From an uncultured Nitrososphaerota archaeon (GTDB lineage Archaea; Thermoproteota; Nitrososphaeria; Nitrososphaerales; Nitrosopumilaceae), in NCBI GenBank assembly GCA_963824385.1, contig CAWGPD010000002.1:192001-256000 (forward strand): a stretch of DNA of 64,000 nt, read 5' to 3'. Positions 43,158-54,700 of this stretch are shown piece after piece. The number at the start of each line of letters is the position of its first letter. Within the stretch, counting starts at the first letter, position 1. The notes below the pieces were generated by a model. The model saw only the letters and a program-made list of their open reading frames with translations, was not told the origin of the DNA and searched no databases. The position numbers were made by a program, and so were the translations under genes.

Positions 43158-44000
43158 ATGAAACATAATAATGTATTTTTATGTTCTATGTTGTTGATAA
43201 TCACAATATCAGGTTCAATCTTTTCATTTGCTTTTGGATTATCAGATAATGTCACATCTTTGATAACAAAAGGAGATACTGCCATCTACGCCAAAAACTT
43301 TACTGGCGCAATTTCTTATTTTGATCAAGTATTAAAAACTAATCCAAATAATACTGACGCATTAATCAATAAAGGAGTTGCATTAGGAAATCTCCAAAAC
43401 TTTACCGGCGCAATTTCTTATTTTGATCAAGTATTAAAAACTAATCCAAATAATACAGATGTATTAAACAATAAAGGTGCAGCTTTAATCAAGGAATCAA
43501 AATTTGATGAAGCAAATTCAAACTTTGATAAAGTACTAAAAATTGATCCCACCAATACAATAGCAATTTCAAATAAAAAGGTAATATCGAATAGATACAA
43601 TCCTACCCAACCATATAACAGCTCTCGCTTTACTTTATTTTGTCAAGTAGAGATTCGAGACAAAGATAATCACTTGGTTAGTTATATTGAGCCTCAAATA
43701 ATCCAAGTTCCAGATCCAGATTTTCTTGATATTATGCTAGATACATGGAGTGCAGGAAAATTTAATCAAAGTGGTCAAATACTAACTATAGAAAAATCAA
43801 TTATACATAAAGATGGTAAAGATTTTGAAATGTTCAAGTTTTCAAATAATTCTACATTTGATGGTAATAGTATAATGGTTTCAAAAACTGGATATGCAAT
43901 GGCTGGAGTGTGGGTTATCTATGGATATCATGATGGATATCAACTTGAAACTGGTGATAGAGAGATATTAAAATTCACTATTATTAGACCCGTTAGTTAA
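43158..44000 (+). CDS. Exported TPR-repeat protein
   Basis: Signal peptide and three TPRs. A near-identical 60-bp DNA duplication has a 102-bp period (43295-43354 and 43397-43456). Confidence 0.85.
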   Translation: MKHNNVFLCSMLLIITISGSIFSFAFGLSDNVTSLITKGDTAIYAKNFTGAISYFDQVLKTNPNNTDALINKGVALGNLQNFTGAISYFDQVLKTNPNNTDVLNNKGAALIKESKFDEANSNFDKVLKIDPTNTIAISNKKVISNRYNPTQPYNSSRFTLFCQVEIRDKDNHLVSYIEPQIIQVPDPDFLDIMLDTWSAGKFNQSGQILTIEKSIIHKDGKDFEMFKFSNNSTFDGNSIMVSKTGYAMAGVWVIYGYHDGYQLETGDREILKFTIIRPVS

Positions 44001-45194
44001 CCTGTTTGAAAATAAAATTCCTACACCTATGGCAAAGAAAATTACAACAGGGATCTGTCTGTATGGTTCAAGTGTATAAGTTGTAAGTCCTGAAAGTAGT
44101 GGAGAGGAGAAAAGTGTCCATGCTAGAAAAATCATTGCCGAATATGCATAAAATATTTTTTGCTTTGCACAGATGTATAATGCTATTACCAGAGGAAGTA
44201 AACAAAATAAAACAAGCCAGTCATTTCTTAATTGAAATGAAACTGAGGCAAAGCCATCCCAAAATCTTTGAGCGCTAAATGATATGTCTGGTATACCTGG
44301 TACCAATCCCTTGATCTGTGTTGATACTACAAAAATTAATCCCATTATTACATATGGCGTAACAACTAGAATCTTTTTTCTTTTTGATATATCTGAATTT
44401 AGAGTAAAAAATAAAGTCATGGGAATAAAAATAGCAGTCAATGCCTTTGAAAATACTGATAAGATAAAAGATACATGAGATAGATACCACTTTTTTAAAA
44501 TCAAAAATAAAGATAAAAGATAAAAAAATATCCAAAAGTTTGCATATGATGCAGTACTGTCATATGTCAAAAAATTATTACTTTGAAGTACCATAATTAC
44601 TGCAATCAGAGAACCTATTCTTTTTTTGGTTAATTCTAAAGTTGTAAAATAAACTAGCAGCAACATCAAAAAACTTGAAATTAACGGTATCATTCTGATA
44701 TTTTTGAAAATTATTATGGAAGCGTGAAGTAGAAAATATTTAAAGCCAAAAGTAATGTTATCTATGCTAAAACTCCAGTTAGTTCCCTGATATTTTGCAA
44801 TTTGATAATCATCATAAGTCTCTTCACTGTAAATATGTGACAAGGTAAATGCAAGATAAATTGCATACAAAACTATGATTGTAACAAATGCTACCTTCCA
44901 TGAAACATCAAACTGTTGTATAAAACCAAAGAATTTTGTAATTTTACTTGGAAGTTTTCCTTTTTTATTTAAAATAATAATTCCAATTAGAATTGAATTT
45001 ACAATTAGAAAAGGTATTGCTACTAGTCCTGGCTCAAATGGACTAATGGAATTATCTTGCAAATTACTTACAAGTCGTACTATTAATCTGGGAAAAACAA
45101 TTGATGATAAACTTGTGATAACTACAAAGAGTGTAAAAGCAAGAACGCTGTAAGAAAAAATTCTTGATTTATTATTTGAAGAAACATTTTCCAT
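43968..45194 (-). CDS. Polytopic membrane protein, GT-C glycosyltransferase-like
   Basis: About 11 TM helices; acidic EETYDD loop after a TM; S..SK and EPYR motifs. Confidence 0.6.
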   Translation of the reverse strand: MENVSSNNKSRIFSYSVLAFTLFVVITSLSSIVFPRLIVRLVSNLQDNSISPFEPGLVAIPFLIVNSILIGIIILNKKGKLPSKITKFFGFIQQFDVSWKVAFVTIIVLYAIYLAFTLSHIYSEETYDDYQIAKYQGTNWSFSIDNITFGFKYFLLHASIIIFKNIRMIPLISSFLMLLLVYFTTLELTKKRIGSLIAVIMVLQSNNFLTYDSTASYANFWIFFYLLSLFLILKKWYLSHVSFILSVFSKALTAIFIPMTLFFTLNSDISKRKKILVVTPYVIMGLIFVVSTQIKGLVPGIPDISFSAQRFWDGFASVSFQLRNDWLVLFCLLPLVIALYICAKQKIFYAYSAMIFLAWTLFSSPLLSGLTTYTLEPYRQIPVVIFFAIGVGILFSNRLTNGSNNSEF

Positions 45195-45453
45195 TATTGA
45201 TTAAAATTAAAATGCCTGAGATTTAAAGTATCTTTGGTAAAAGTTGATTCAAATTATGTTTTTAATGTTGATATCAAGTCTTACTTGATGTGTGATATTG
45301 ATCATTATTCAAAATTAACATGATTTTCTTTTCATTATACAAATGTCCGTTACGGATCATCTAATTATTTTTCAATTCCATTTCGGTATGTTGTTTTCTT
45401 GGAGTTGTTGTTTTAGTTTCCCTAGTTTACATTTTTCAAACAAAAGTTATTAA

Positions 45454-46077
45454 ATGACAGAAAAGAATCAAATGTTGATATCTATGAAAAATATTTTAAT
45501 TGTAATGCTTGTAACTGCTTCAATCTCTGCTGGTGGAGTATTTTCATTTTTAACAAGTGAGAGTTTACCATCTGCAATGCATGACGAAAGCACAAAGGTA
45601 CTAGGACATGTAGAGTACAAAGTGTTCGGTCCTGATGGCAATATCAAAGAATATCTTCAAGCTGATAACTTGGTAGTAACCAACGGTGATAACTCGACAG
45701 TAAACAAGATGTTTAGTGTTTCAAGAACAACTACAAGTGTAACGATAAACCCCTTTATTGCAATTGCAGTAGGGACTGGAAGCACTGGTCCTTTTACAAC
45801 TGATACTGCACTTGGTACTCAACAAGGACACAAAACTATTGCAACCACTTCTATTACTACGGCAACTCACGGGCAGGTCACATTGACAGGCGTATTTAAT
45901 CCAGGAAAAATTACCAACTCTACAACTCAGACAATAACCGAGTCGGGTGTCTTTGATAATACTGCTACAACTCTGAATAGTAACTCTACTAACATGTATG
46001 CAAGACAGACCTTTAGTGGAATTACTATAGCATCTTCAGATACGCTTCAGGTTACTTGGAACATAACCATAACTTAG
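45454..46077 (+). CDS. Exported phage tail-fibre-like beta protein, paralog B
   Basis: Signal/TM; GHV...GNIKEYLQADNLVVTNG, IAVGTG, TDTAL, TITESGVFD, MYARQTF and SDTLQVTWNI. Confidence 0.75.
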   Translation: MTEKNQMLISMKNILIVMLVTASISAGGVFSFLTSESLPSAMHDESTKVLGHVEYKVFGPDGNIKEYLQADNLVVTNGDNSTVNKMFSVSRTTTSVTINPFIAIAVGTGSTGPFTTDTALGTQQGHKTIATTSITTATHGQVTLTGVFNPGKITNSTTQTITESGVFDNTATTLNSNSTNMYARQTFSGITIASSDTLQVTWNITIT

Positions 46078-46113
46078 ATCGCAGTTAATTTGTATATTAT
46101 ATTGGTATCAAAT

Positions 46114-46125
46114 GATCCATTTTGG
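46114..46125 (+). promoter_or_regulatory. GATCCATTTTGG element, 44 bp upstream of a TATA-like box
   Basis: Identical to 42261-42272. Confidence 0.55.
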
Positions 46126-46186
46126 TACTTGTAATATTGGATATATTGCAACATCTCTTATATTAGACTAAAACATAATTGACATA

Positions 46187-49100
46187 TTGCACCATATTGG
46201 GAATGTTAGGTTATTCTATCTACTTTTAATTGTAATAGGCTCTTCTGTTTTGGGACTAGGTATTAATTCTGCATCTGCTCAACTTGCCGCTCCTAATTGT
46301 AGCGGTATTGCACCAGGTGAAAATGTAAACTATAACGGTTGTGACTTTTCTATTTATCCTTCTACCTTTAGTTTTCAAAATGCTGATCTGAAAGGAGCAA
46401 CATTTGTAAATGCCCAACTTAGCGGTGTAAATTTTGATGGTGCTCTACTCCAAGGTGCAAATTTTAATGGAGCAGACAATAACGGCAATATTGGAAATGT
46501 AGAATTAGTTAATGCTAATCTTACCAGAGCAACATTTGAAAATATTAATCCAGATGAAAGCACATGGCATTTCCAAAGTGCAGATCTTCATTATGCTGAC
46601 TTTATAGGAGCTGATCTATCAAACTCTGATCTTACCTCAGCTGATATTACAGGATCAAACTTTACCGGTGCAACTCTTCAAGCTACAGATTTTACAAATG
46701 CGTTTATGGAAAACGTAATATTTTCTAGTACAACATACATTCAAAATTCAAGTTTTCTTGGTGTTGATTTTAGTGGTACAAAACTTACTCACTTGAATCT
46801 CTCAAATAATAATTTTGATGGTGCTAGTTTCCTTAATGCTAATTTGACTGGAACTTCAATGGTAAATACTTCTCTTGTTGATGCTACGATTGACATATCA
46901 AACGTATCTACAAATGTCGCTACAACCTTCCAAAATGCAGATCTTAATTATGTTGACTTTACTGGAGCACAAATGTCTGCTGATACAAACCTCTCCGGTG
47001 CAACTCTTGTAGGAACCACCTTTGCTTGTACAGGTAACGCTATTTGTACGGCAAGTAATAATTCTCCACCAGTCATTAACTTTGATAAAATATCATTTAC
47101 TGGTGGTACAAGTCTAGTCCAAGTTAACTCTACAGCATGGAAGGTAGGTGCAGCAACAAGTTCTGGCACTAATGTGCAATTCACTGGAGTTTATGCAACA
47201 ATAGGAACAACTACAATCGAGCAGGGCTCAAATCTAGTTTGTACTCCAAATAATACGTTATTTCCTCTAGGTACTAATCAAGTCACATGTACTGCAACAG
47301 ACCCGAATAATCCAGCAAATACCAGTGTTGCGCATTTTTACATAATTATAGTAAATAACACTCCTCCCTCAATTTCTACACCAACTAGTGTAGTTGCGGA
47401 AGCAACAGGACCAAATGGAGCCATGGTAACTTATCATGCTACTGCAAATGATCCTGTAGATGGAGATATTACATCAAAGATGATATGTACACCTGCTAGC
47501 GGTTCACAATTTGCCCTAGGTTCAACAACAGTAACATGTAATGTGACTGACTCGGGCGGAAATTCTGCAAGTGCTCATTTTACAGTCACAGTAAAAGATA
47601 CTACACCACCTATCATCACTGCTGCTAGTCCACAATATCAAGAAGCAACAAGTTCAGCAGGCGCCAAAATATTTTATCATGCAACTGCATTTGATTTGGT
47701 AAGCGGAAACATTCCACTAACAGGAAGTGGTCCAACTAATTTCTGTACACCACTTAACGGTACTCAAGAAGCATTTGGTTCAACTACAACAGTTACCTGT
47801 TCAGCAACAGATGCTGCAGGAAATACTGCAAGTGGTACTTTTTCAGTTACCGTACGAGACACTACACCGCCTAAAATCATACTGGTTCAACCAACTATCA
47901 CCATGGCAGCAACAGGTACACTAACCCAAGTTAATCTAGTTGGAACTGTAACTGCTGCTGATACTGTAGATCCAAATCCACAATTGACAAATAATGCACC
48001 AGTATCTGGCTTTTCAATAGGAATATCACAAGTAACATGGACAGCAAAAGATGCATCTGGTAATGTTGCACAGGCAGTTCAGACCATAACTATAACAACA
48101 AATCCATCACTAGTTACAATCACGCCTTCTTCTAACGTTGTAACAGGAGCAACAGGTCCTCTAACCCAAATATCGTTGATAACTCCAGCTTTTACTGATC
48201 CATTTGATCCACATCCTACAATAACAAATAATGCACCAGCAGACTGGTTATCTAGTAGGAATAACTACTGTAACTTGGACTCTAGTAGACCATGCCAGTC
48301 CACCTAACACTGCTACTGGTCAGCAGACAGTTACAGTACAAGATACTACATCACCTACAATCACTGCTGCTAGCCCACAATATTTCCAAGCAACAGGACC
48401 ATTGGGAGCCATTGTATCTTACAAAGCAACTGCGTTTGATCTTGTAGACGGAAAAATTACGCCAAGCTGTACACCAATTAATGGAACTCAATTTGCAATT
48501 GGAACAACACCTGTAACATGTACTGCAAGTGATAGTCATCATAATACTTCAACACAAACATTTTCAGTAATAGTTCAAGATACCGTAGGACCTGTTATGA
48601 CTCTGACACCTAATCCTGTGATTGTAGAAGCAGTTAATCAAAATGGAGCACCAGTGACTTTCAATGTTACTGCAACTGATCTTGTAACAGGTCATGCTTC
48701 AGCTTCATGTACTCCACCTTCTGGAACAATCTTTGGATTGGGACAAACATCAGTAATATGTACTGCAAGTGATAATCAAAATCCACATAATACCAGTACA
48801 CTTTCATTTCTAGTTACAGTACGAGACACTATACCGCCTACAATTACTGCACCGCCAAATATTACTACTAAAGCAACAGGTACTCTAACCCAAGTGACCT
48901 TGGGAACTCCAACTGTTTCTGATACAGTTGATCCAAATCCAATAGTTACAAATAATGCACCAGCAGCAGGTTTCCCAGTAGGAACAACAATTATAACATG
49001 GACTGCAACAGATCACTCTGGTAACAAGGCAACAGCCGCTCAGACTATAGTTATTTTACCTCAAAATACCCCTGGTGAAGTATATAGTAAAGGTTCAATA

Positions 49101-49721
49101 GAAAAAGGCATTAACTTTAACATGTTCATCCAATCCTGTGATGGATTAACTTTCATTGGGCATCTTGATTATAATGACAACTCTGCGCACATAGATCTCG
49201 ATTCCGTATCTATTACATCACTAAATGTTGATAGCACAGGTACAAAGGCTAACTTTACTGGAACTGCTACATTAAACGATCATTATACTGGATATACATT
49301 CAAAGCATATGTGATTGATAATGATAATGGAAAACAAAGTAATGGTAAAAATGACTTTTTCCAAATTGCAATATTTGATAGTACTGGCAGACAAATTTAT
49401 GCAAACAGTGGACATCTAATCCATGGTAGTATTGAAGTTAGCAACCAAGTCGGTGTAATCAATAGGCCATGTGACTATGACCAGAGAGATTACGGCAATT
49501 CCAATAATTATACCTCAAATAATGACTACTGGAATCCTAATCACTGGCATAACGGTAAGTGGGATAACCACCAAGGAAATAATGGTCAAGGAAATATTTG
49601 CCAAGGCAATAATGGCTGGGGAAATAACAACCAAGGCAATAATGGCTGGGGAAATAACAACCAAGGCAATAATGGCTGGGGAAATAACAACCAAGGAAAT
49701 AACTTCAATAACGGACACTAG
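46187..49721 (+). CDS. Exported adhesin-like protein: pentapeptide repeats, multiple HYR domains, a C-terminal beta domain and an N/G/Q/W-rich tail; +1 frameshift at ~48243
   Basis: Signal peptide; A(D/N)LxG pentapeptides; repeated EAT...F..G.T.VTC.A.D..N....F.V.V.DTTPP units; (QGNNGWGNNN)x3. Confidence 0.85.
49570..49703 (+). repeat. 30-bp coding tandem repeat (QGNNGWGNNN), 3 exact copies plus degenerate flanks
   Basis: ccaaggcaataatggctggggaaataacaa at 49601, 49631 and 49661. Confidence 0.9.
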
Positions 49722-50187
49722 TACGTTTAAACAATAACTATCACCTCTTTTACGAGATTTAGATATGAAAATGACTTTCTGCATGTATTAAGCAAAATCA
49801 AATTTCAAATGTTGACCAAGACACCATTTTCAGTTAAAGATGAGTGCCTTTATCAGATATGGCTATTTTTTTTTAAGGGAAAATGATTGACAAACCATCT
49901 CTTACTCTATATTCTTAAAATCAGTTGATAAAATCCTCTTCTCATGCTAGAAATTAAAAAATCCACCTAAAAATCATATGAATATATGTAATCCTGATAA
50001 TCTAAAAGTCAATCACATGATTACAAGTATCCTTTGAAATCTATCTCTAGGTTTTGTCCCATTTTGTTAAATTTGTGATTAAACTAAAGTTTTATGACAT
50101 TAGTTATCCAGACAAGCAAATTAAGAATTATCGATTTTAGCCTTTGAGGAAATTAAACATTGTAATAATTTGTTTACTACTTTAATG

Positions 50188-50559
50188 TCATAATGCTTTC
50201 ATTTTCTCCTCAACAATCTGCCTATATTTTGGAAAGTTCGTTATCATATACTCTGATTCCGATGTTTCAATAAATATAGAATCTTCAATTGCAATGAATA
50301 GATGAGCAATATCTTTTGGAATATGTATTATTGCAGGTGCCTTGAATGTTTGAACTGTTTCTTGATCGATAGAAATGTCATTGAATCTGACTTCTACTTG
50401 ACCAGAAATTAATGTATGATCTTGATCATATTTGTGATAATGACCTCCACGAGCAAACCCCTTCCTAGTCTCTATAAGGTTGATTTTCATATTGTTATAT
50501 GAATAGAAGATGATCTTACCCCTTACATCATCAATTTCCTTTTCAAATTTTAAATTCAC
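50188..50559 (-). CDS. Cupin-fold protein (sugar-nucleotide isomerase-like)
   Basis: DDVRG, RGGHYH and IP..IAH.F. Confidence 0.75.
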   Translation of the reverse strand: MNLKFEKEIDDVRGKIIFYSYNNMKINLIETRKGFARGGHYHKYDQDHTLISGQVEVRFNDISIDQETVQTFKAPAIIHIPKDIAHLFIAIEDSIFIETSESEYMITNFPKYRQIVEEKMKAL

Positions 50560-50836
50560 AAAATTAATAATTAACTAATTACTATTTCAAGACTTCCAAA
50601 TTTTTTATTATAGTCATCTGACATGTACAGTAATTAGAATCAAAATTCTTTTTATGTTAATATCCAAGATAAACATTACATTTACACATAAAAAAAAGAA
50701 ATATATCCAAAACTAAAGTTGTTTATTATTGTACCATGAATTAGTCAAGTATCTGTGCAATTAAAATAATGTTCTAAATTAAATTGACTTTGATGTTTTA
50801 GATAATCTTTAAGATCAAGATAAAAATATTACATGT

Positions 50837-51295
50837 ATGAAAAATTTTCAATATGCACCAAAACAAATCTATGATCAATTTGGAAAATATTTTCCATTTT
50901 CAACTGTAGATGTAATAATATTCCAACAAGACTCTATTCTTTTGATAAAACGAAAAATAATTCCTTACAAGGGAAAGTGGCATTTTCCTGGAGGACTGAT
51001 ACGAAAAAATGAAAAAATAAAAGATGCTGCAAAACGTGTTGTTAAAGTAGAATTGAATTTAGATATAAAACTTGAAAATTTTTTAGGAGTTTATGAAAAT
51101 CCTATTAGAACTCGTCATGATATAACACATTGTTTTATTGCGACTATGAAAAATAAAATTAACAATGATTATGAAACCAAATCAATAAAATTCTTTCAAA
51201 AAATTCCAAACAACACAATTCCATATCATAAATTAATAATTAAAGATGCATTTGAATATATGAAAATAGCAAAGAAAATTTCTTATCGTCGGTAA
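50837..51295 (+). CDS. NUDIX hydrolase (GDP-mannose mannosyl hydrolase-like)
   Basis: TVDVII...LL.KR...P.KG.W.FPGG.IRKNE....A..R....EL and GVYE...H. Confidence 0.75.
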   Translation: MKNFQYAPKQIYDQFGKYFPFSTVDVIIFQQDSILLIKRKIIPYKGKWHFPGGLIRKNEKIKDAAKRVVKVELNLDIKLENFLGVYENPIRTRHDITHCFIATMKNKINNDYETKSIKFFQKIPNNTIPYHKLIIKDAFEYMKIAKKISYRR

Positions 51296-51748
51296 GTATT
51301 ATATTTTAATTATAATTTAAATTAATTAAAAAATATTATTCATTTGTTTTTTATAATTACATAATTATTTACTTGCTAAAAAAAATATTTTATAATTTGT
51401 TACAATTCAATTTTATTTTTTAAAATGATCAAAATTTTAAAAATTAATTTAGAAAAAATATTTTTCTAAAAATTATTCATTTGACATAATTTAGAAATTT
51501 TTTAACTAAAATTAAAAAAATAGATTTTATTTGATAGTCCAAAAAGGACACCTAAAATGGTCTTGTTGCCAGAACGGTTAATCTATCCATTCGATAATTC
51601 CTCTCCTCTTTAATCCAATGTTGGATAATTTTACAATGTTGGAAATTATGCAATATTTCCCAGATTCTCTAGAATTGATCCTAGACTATTCTGTAATTCA
51701 TTTTAAAATTTCTGATCTAAAAAAAATTAATTTTTGGAGTTTTGAAAA

Positions 51749-54700
51749 ATGAAAATTGGTATTTTAATTTCTTGTTTGTTATTGATATCTGTTTTTAGCT
51801 ATGCATATGCTGATTCAATTATAATAGATGCTGATGTCAAACAAGCTGATACAAGACAAAACTTAACTCCATCATTACAAAATTCTTTGCCAACCAATAC
51901 AAAAAAATATTTTTCAATAAATCTAAATGAAAATATTGGAATTTCTGCAAATGATCAAAAACCATCTTCTCCAAATTCTAAATCTATGATGGTTGGATCC
52001 ATAAAAAGAATTTCTCTTTCTGAATATATTTCAATAACTACAGCTGGACTAGATCATAATTCGATTGCAATTTTTAAAAATAATAATATGGATAAAATTA
52101 CAACACTTGAACAACTTTCTTATCCTGAAAGAATAAGACTTAATGGAAAAAATGTTTTAGTTGATAATTATAATGTAAATCTTTTACTTGATCAATTTCC
52201 AATTGTCAAGGTTACAAATAATCTTCTAACTAATCTTTACTATGAAAAAATTACTTATTGCTGTATCGAGGAAAAAATTCAAATTGTAAATGATATTGCA
52301 TTTGTTGATAATTTCTTACTTGAAAATAACATTCCACAATTTTACCAATTAGATAATATTGCAAGTACTGACTTTGCTGACGTTGTACATGATTTGTCTG
52401 CCAGTACTAATCCTACAATTCTTCTCTTGTTGGTACTCCTTTCGAGTTATTTGTTATACTCTTACGAGGACGTAAAAATAAAGTATAACAAAAATAGAAT
52501 TTTTTCATTTTGTTTTATTTTGATTCTTGCTTTATCTTCAATCTTTACTCCGTTTTCGATATCTCAAAGTTATTGGGGTTATGCATATGGTGAGGTTGAA
52601 AGCAATTCGTCTAGTGCAATATACTCTACTACCCCACAAAATTCATTATCTCTTACGAACCCGGCTAGTAATTCAACCATATATCATACTACACAAGTAT
52701 CGCAGAATGATACATCTCAGACAGGTAATCTCACATACTATCATTGGAACTTGTTCCATTCTAAGAACCAGACAAGCTTACCATACCATATATCACTAAA
52801 TGCTACACCCAATGCAGGCAATTCTACATCCCCTCATTGGAACTCGTCGCATTCTAGGAGCCAGACAAGCTTACCATATCATACATCGCAGAATGTTCCA
52901 TCTCAAACAAGCAGCCCCACACCCTTACAACTCCCTAATGGAGTAAATACCCAGCCAACACCTGCACTCAATGGTGTTGGTATGAGTGATGTACTCACAA
53001 TAAAAGTCACTAGGGCAAATCCAACTGGTACCTCTATTTCCAGTCTACCTATCAATACAAATAACCCACAAAATGCTACTTCCTCTTTCTCAAACCTACC
53101 CATGTCTGATTCAGTCTTGGCAATGCTTCGTACACTATCTGGCTCTGTAACTAGCGTCTATGTCTCAAACCAAGTATCATTGGCTGATTCAGTCTCATTT
53201 GTAACTACCAACTCAAATGGCTCCAAAATAGTGCCAGTTTTCTTAAACCAGGTAACCATATCTGACTCTGTTATAGTTACCAAGCCAGGAGTAACCGTAC
53301 CAAATTCTACTCAATCTTGGCAATTCAACTCCATTAACAGTACTAACCACGTAGGCAACGTAGCCATCATAAACGGCACCAATGGAAATTTGCTACAACT
53401 CCAAGGAAATGGCTATCTTACTGATAAATCAAATCAGACAAAAACACTCGAAAACTTTACAATATCAGCCTGGGTCAAGCCAGATTATAGCCAAGGATCT
53501 CCTGTTTTTACTGTTGTAAGCAAGTACAACGAGTTTGCCCTTACTATTAACAACAACATAAACCCAAGAGGAGTTGCCTCATTTGGTGTCTATGACGGTA
53601 TTAAGTGGACAACGGTAAACTCTACGGTCCAATTAAACCAGACCTGGAATCACCTTGTTAGTACCTATAATGGCTCTGCAATTAGCATCTATGTCAACGG
53701 TACACTACAATCAACAACACCAATCAAAAGTACTCTAGTCTTGGCTGCTGACGGTGATCTTGTTCCCAAGACTCCAGACCAAATATCCTCAAACAATGAT
53801 GTAGTCATTGGGGCATTACTAGACACGGCACGAGGCTTTGGCCAGCCTATGAACAGCTTCTCTGGTCTTATCCAAAAGGTATCATTCTATGAGCCATACC
53901 TAAATCAGCAGCAAGTAGCTCAATTATATATCCAGGAACTGCCTACTTTTGTACCTCCGTCTTCTGCTTCCTATATCACTCCAGTATCTGATGGAATTGA
54001 TATTTTAGATGCAATTGCTACTTGGCTTGACTCTTCAAATCTTAACACTACATCTCTTGCTGCTGTACCTTCAGTTAACAACACACAACAGACTTATCTT
54101 ATTACACAAAATCCAGAATTTATCTACCAGTATCTATCTGATGCCCAACTTTTGACAATTACACCTGCAATAAAACCATCTCACAAGCAGCCACAAACAG
54201 GAGGCTGGGCTGATTCAGAGAAGTCAATTACTATTGATATAACAGGTCCGGATGGAAAGAAGAAGACATTCTCACCAACTATTTCAGAGATAAGACAAGG
54301 AAAATACGACATTAAAGTTCCATCATTAAGAGACGTAAGGGCTGGTATTTACAGTGTAAAAATAACCATGGTAAGAAATGGCCAGAAATTTGTAACTAAT
54401 GACCAATACCAGTGGGGTCTAGTCTCAGTTAACACAGACATGAGTACATACAAACCAGGAGACGTTGCAAAACTAATCCTTGTTGTACTAAACAGCACTG
54501 GAAATTCTGTTTGCAATTCTAATATCTTGATGACAATCACCGATCCTCAATCCAAAAAGACTACACTTGCAACTGGACTTGGAATTACACCAAGCAATGA
54601 GTGTGGTCTGTATGACGCAAATTACACAACCACCACACAAGGTAATTATTCCGTAAACGTCTCTGCACAGACTCAGACAGGATATGCGTTCTTTTCAACC

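Noticed and set aside
1..48245. Mass pseudogenisation (prs, cdvB, queE, acnX, rqcH and others)
   Set aside because: Each gene has a single indel with intact motifs on both sides, and several are core metabolic genes.
51300..51530. Replication origin in the very AT-rich stretch
   Set aside because: No ORB-like repeats and no adjacent orc1/cdc6 gene.
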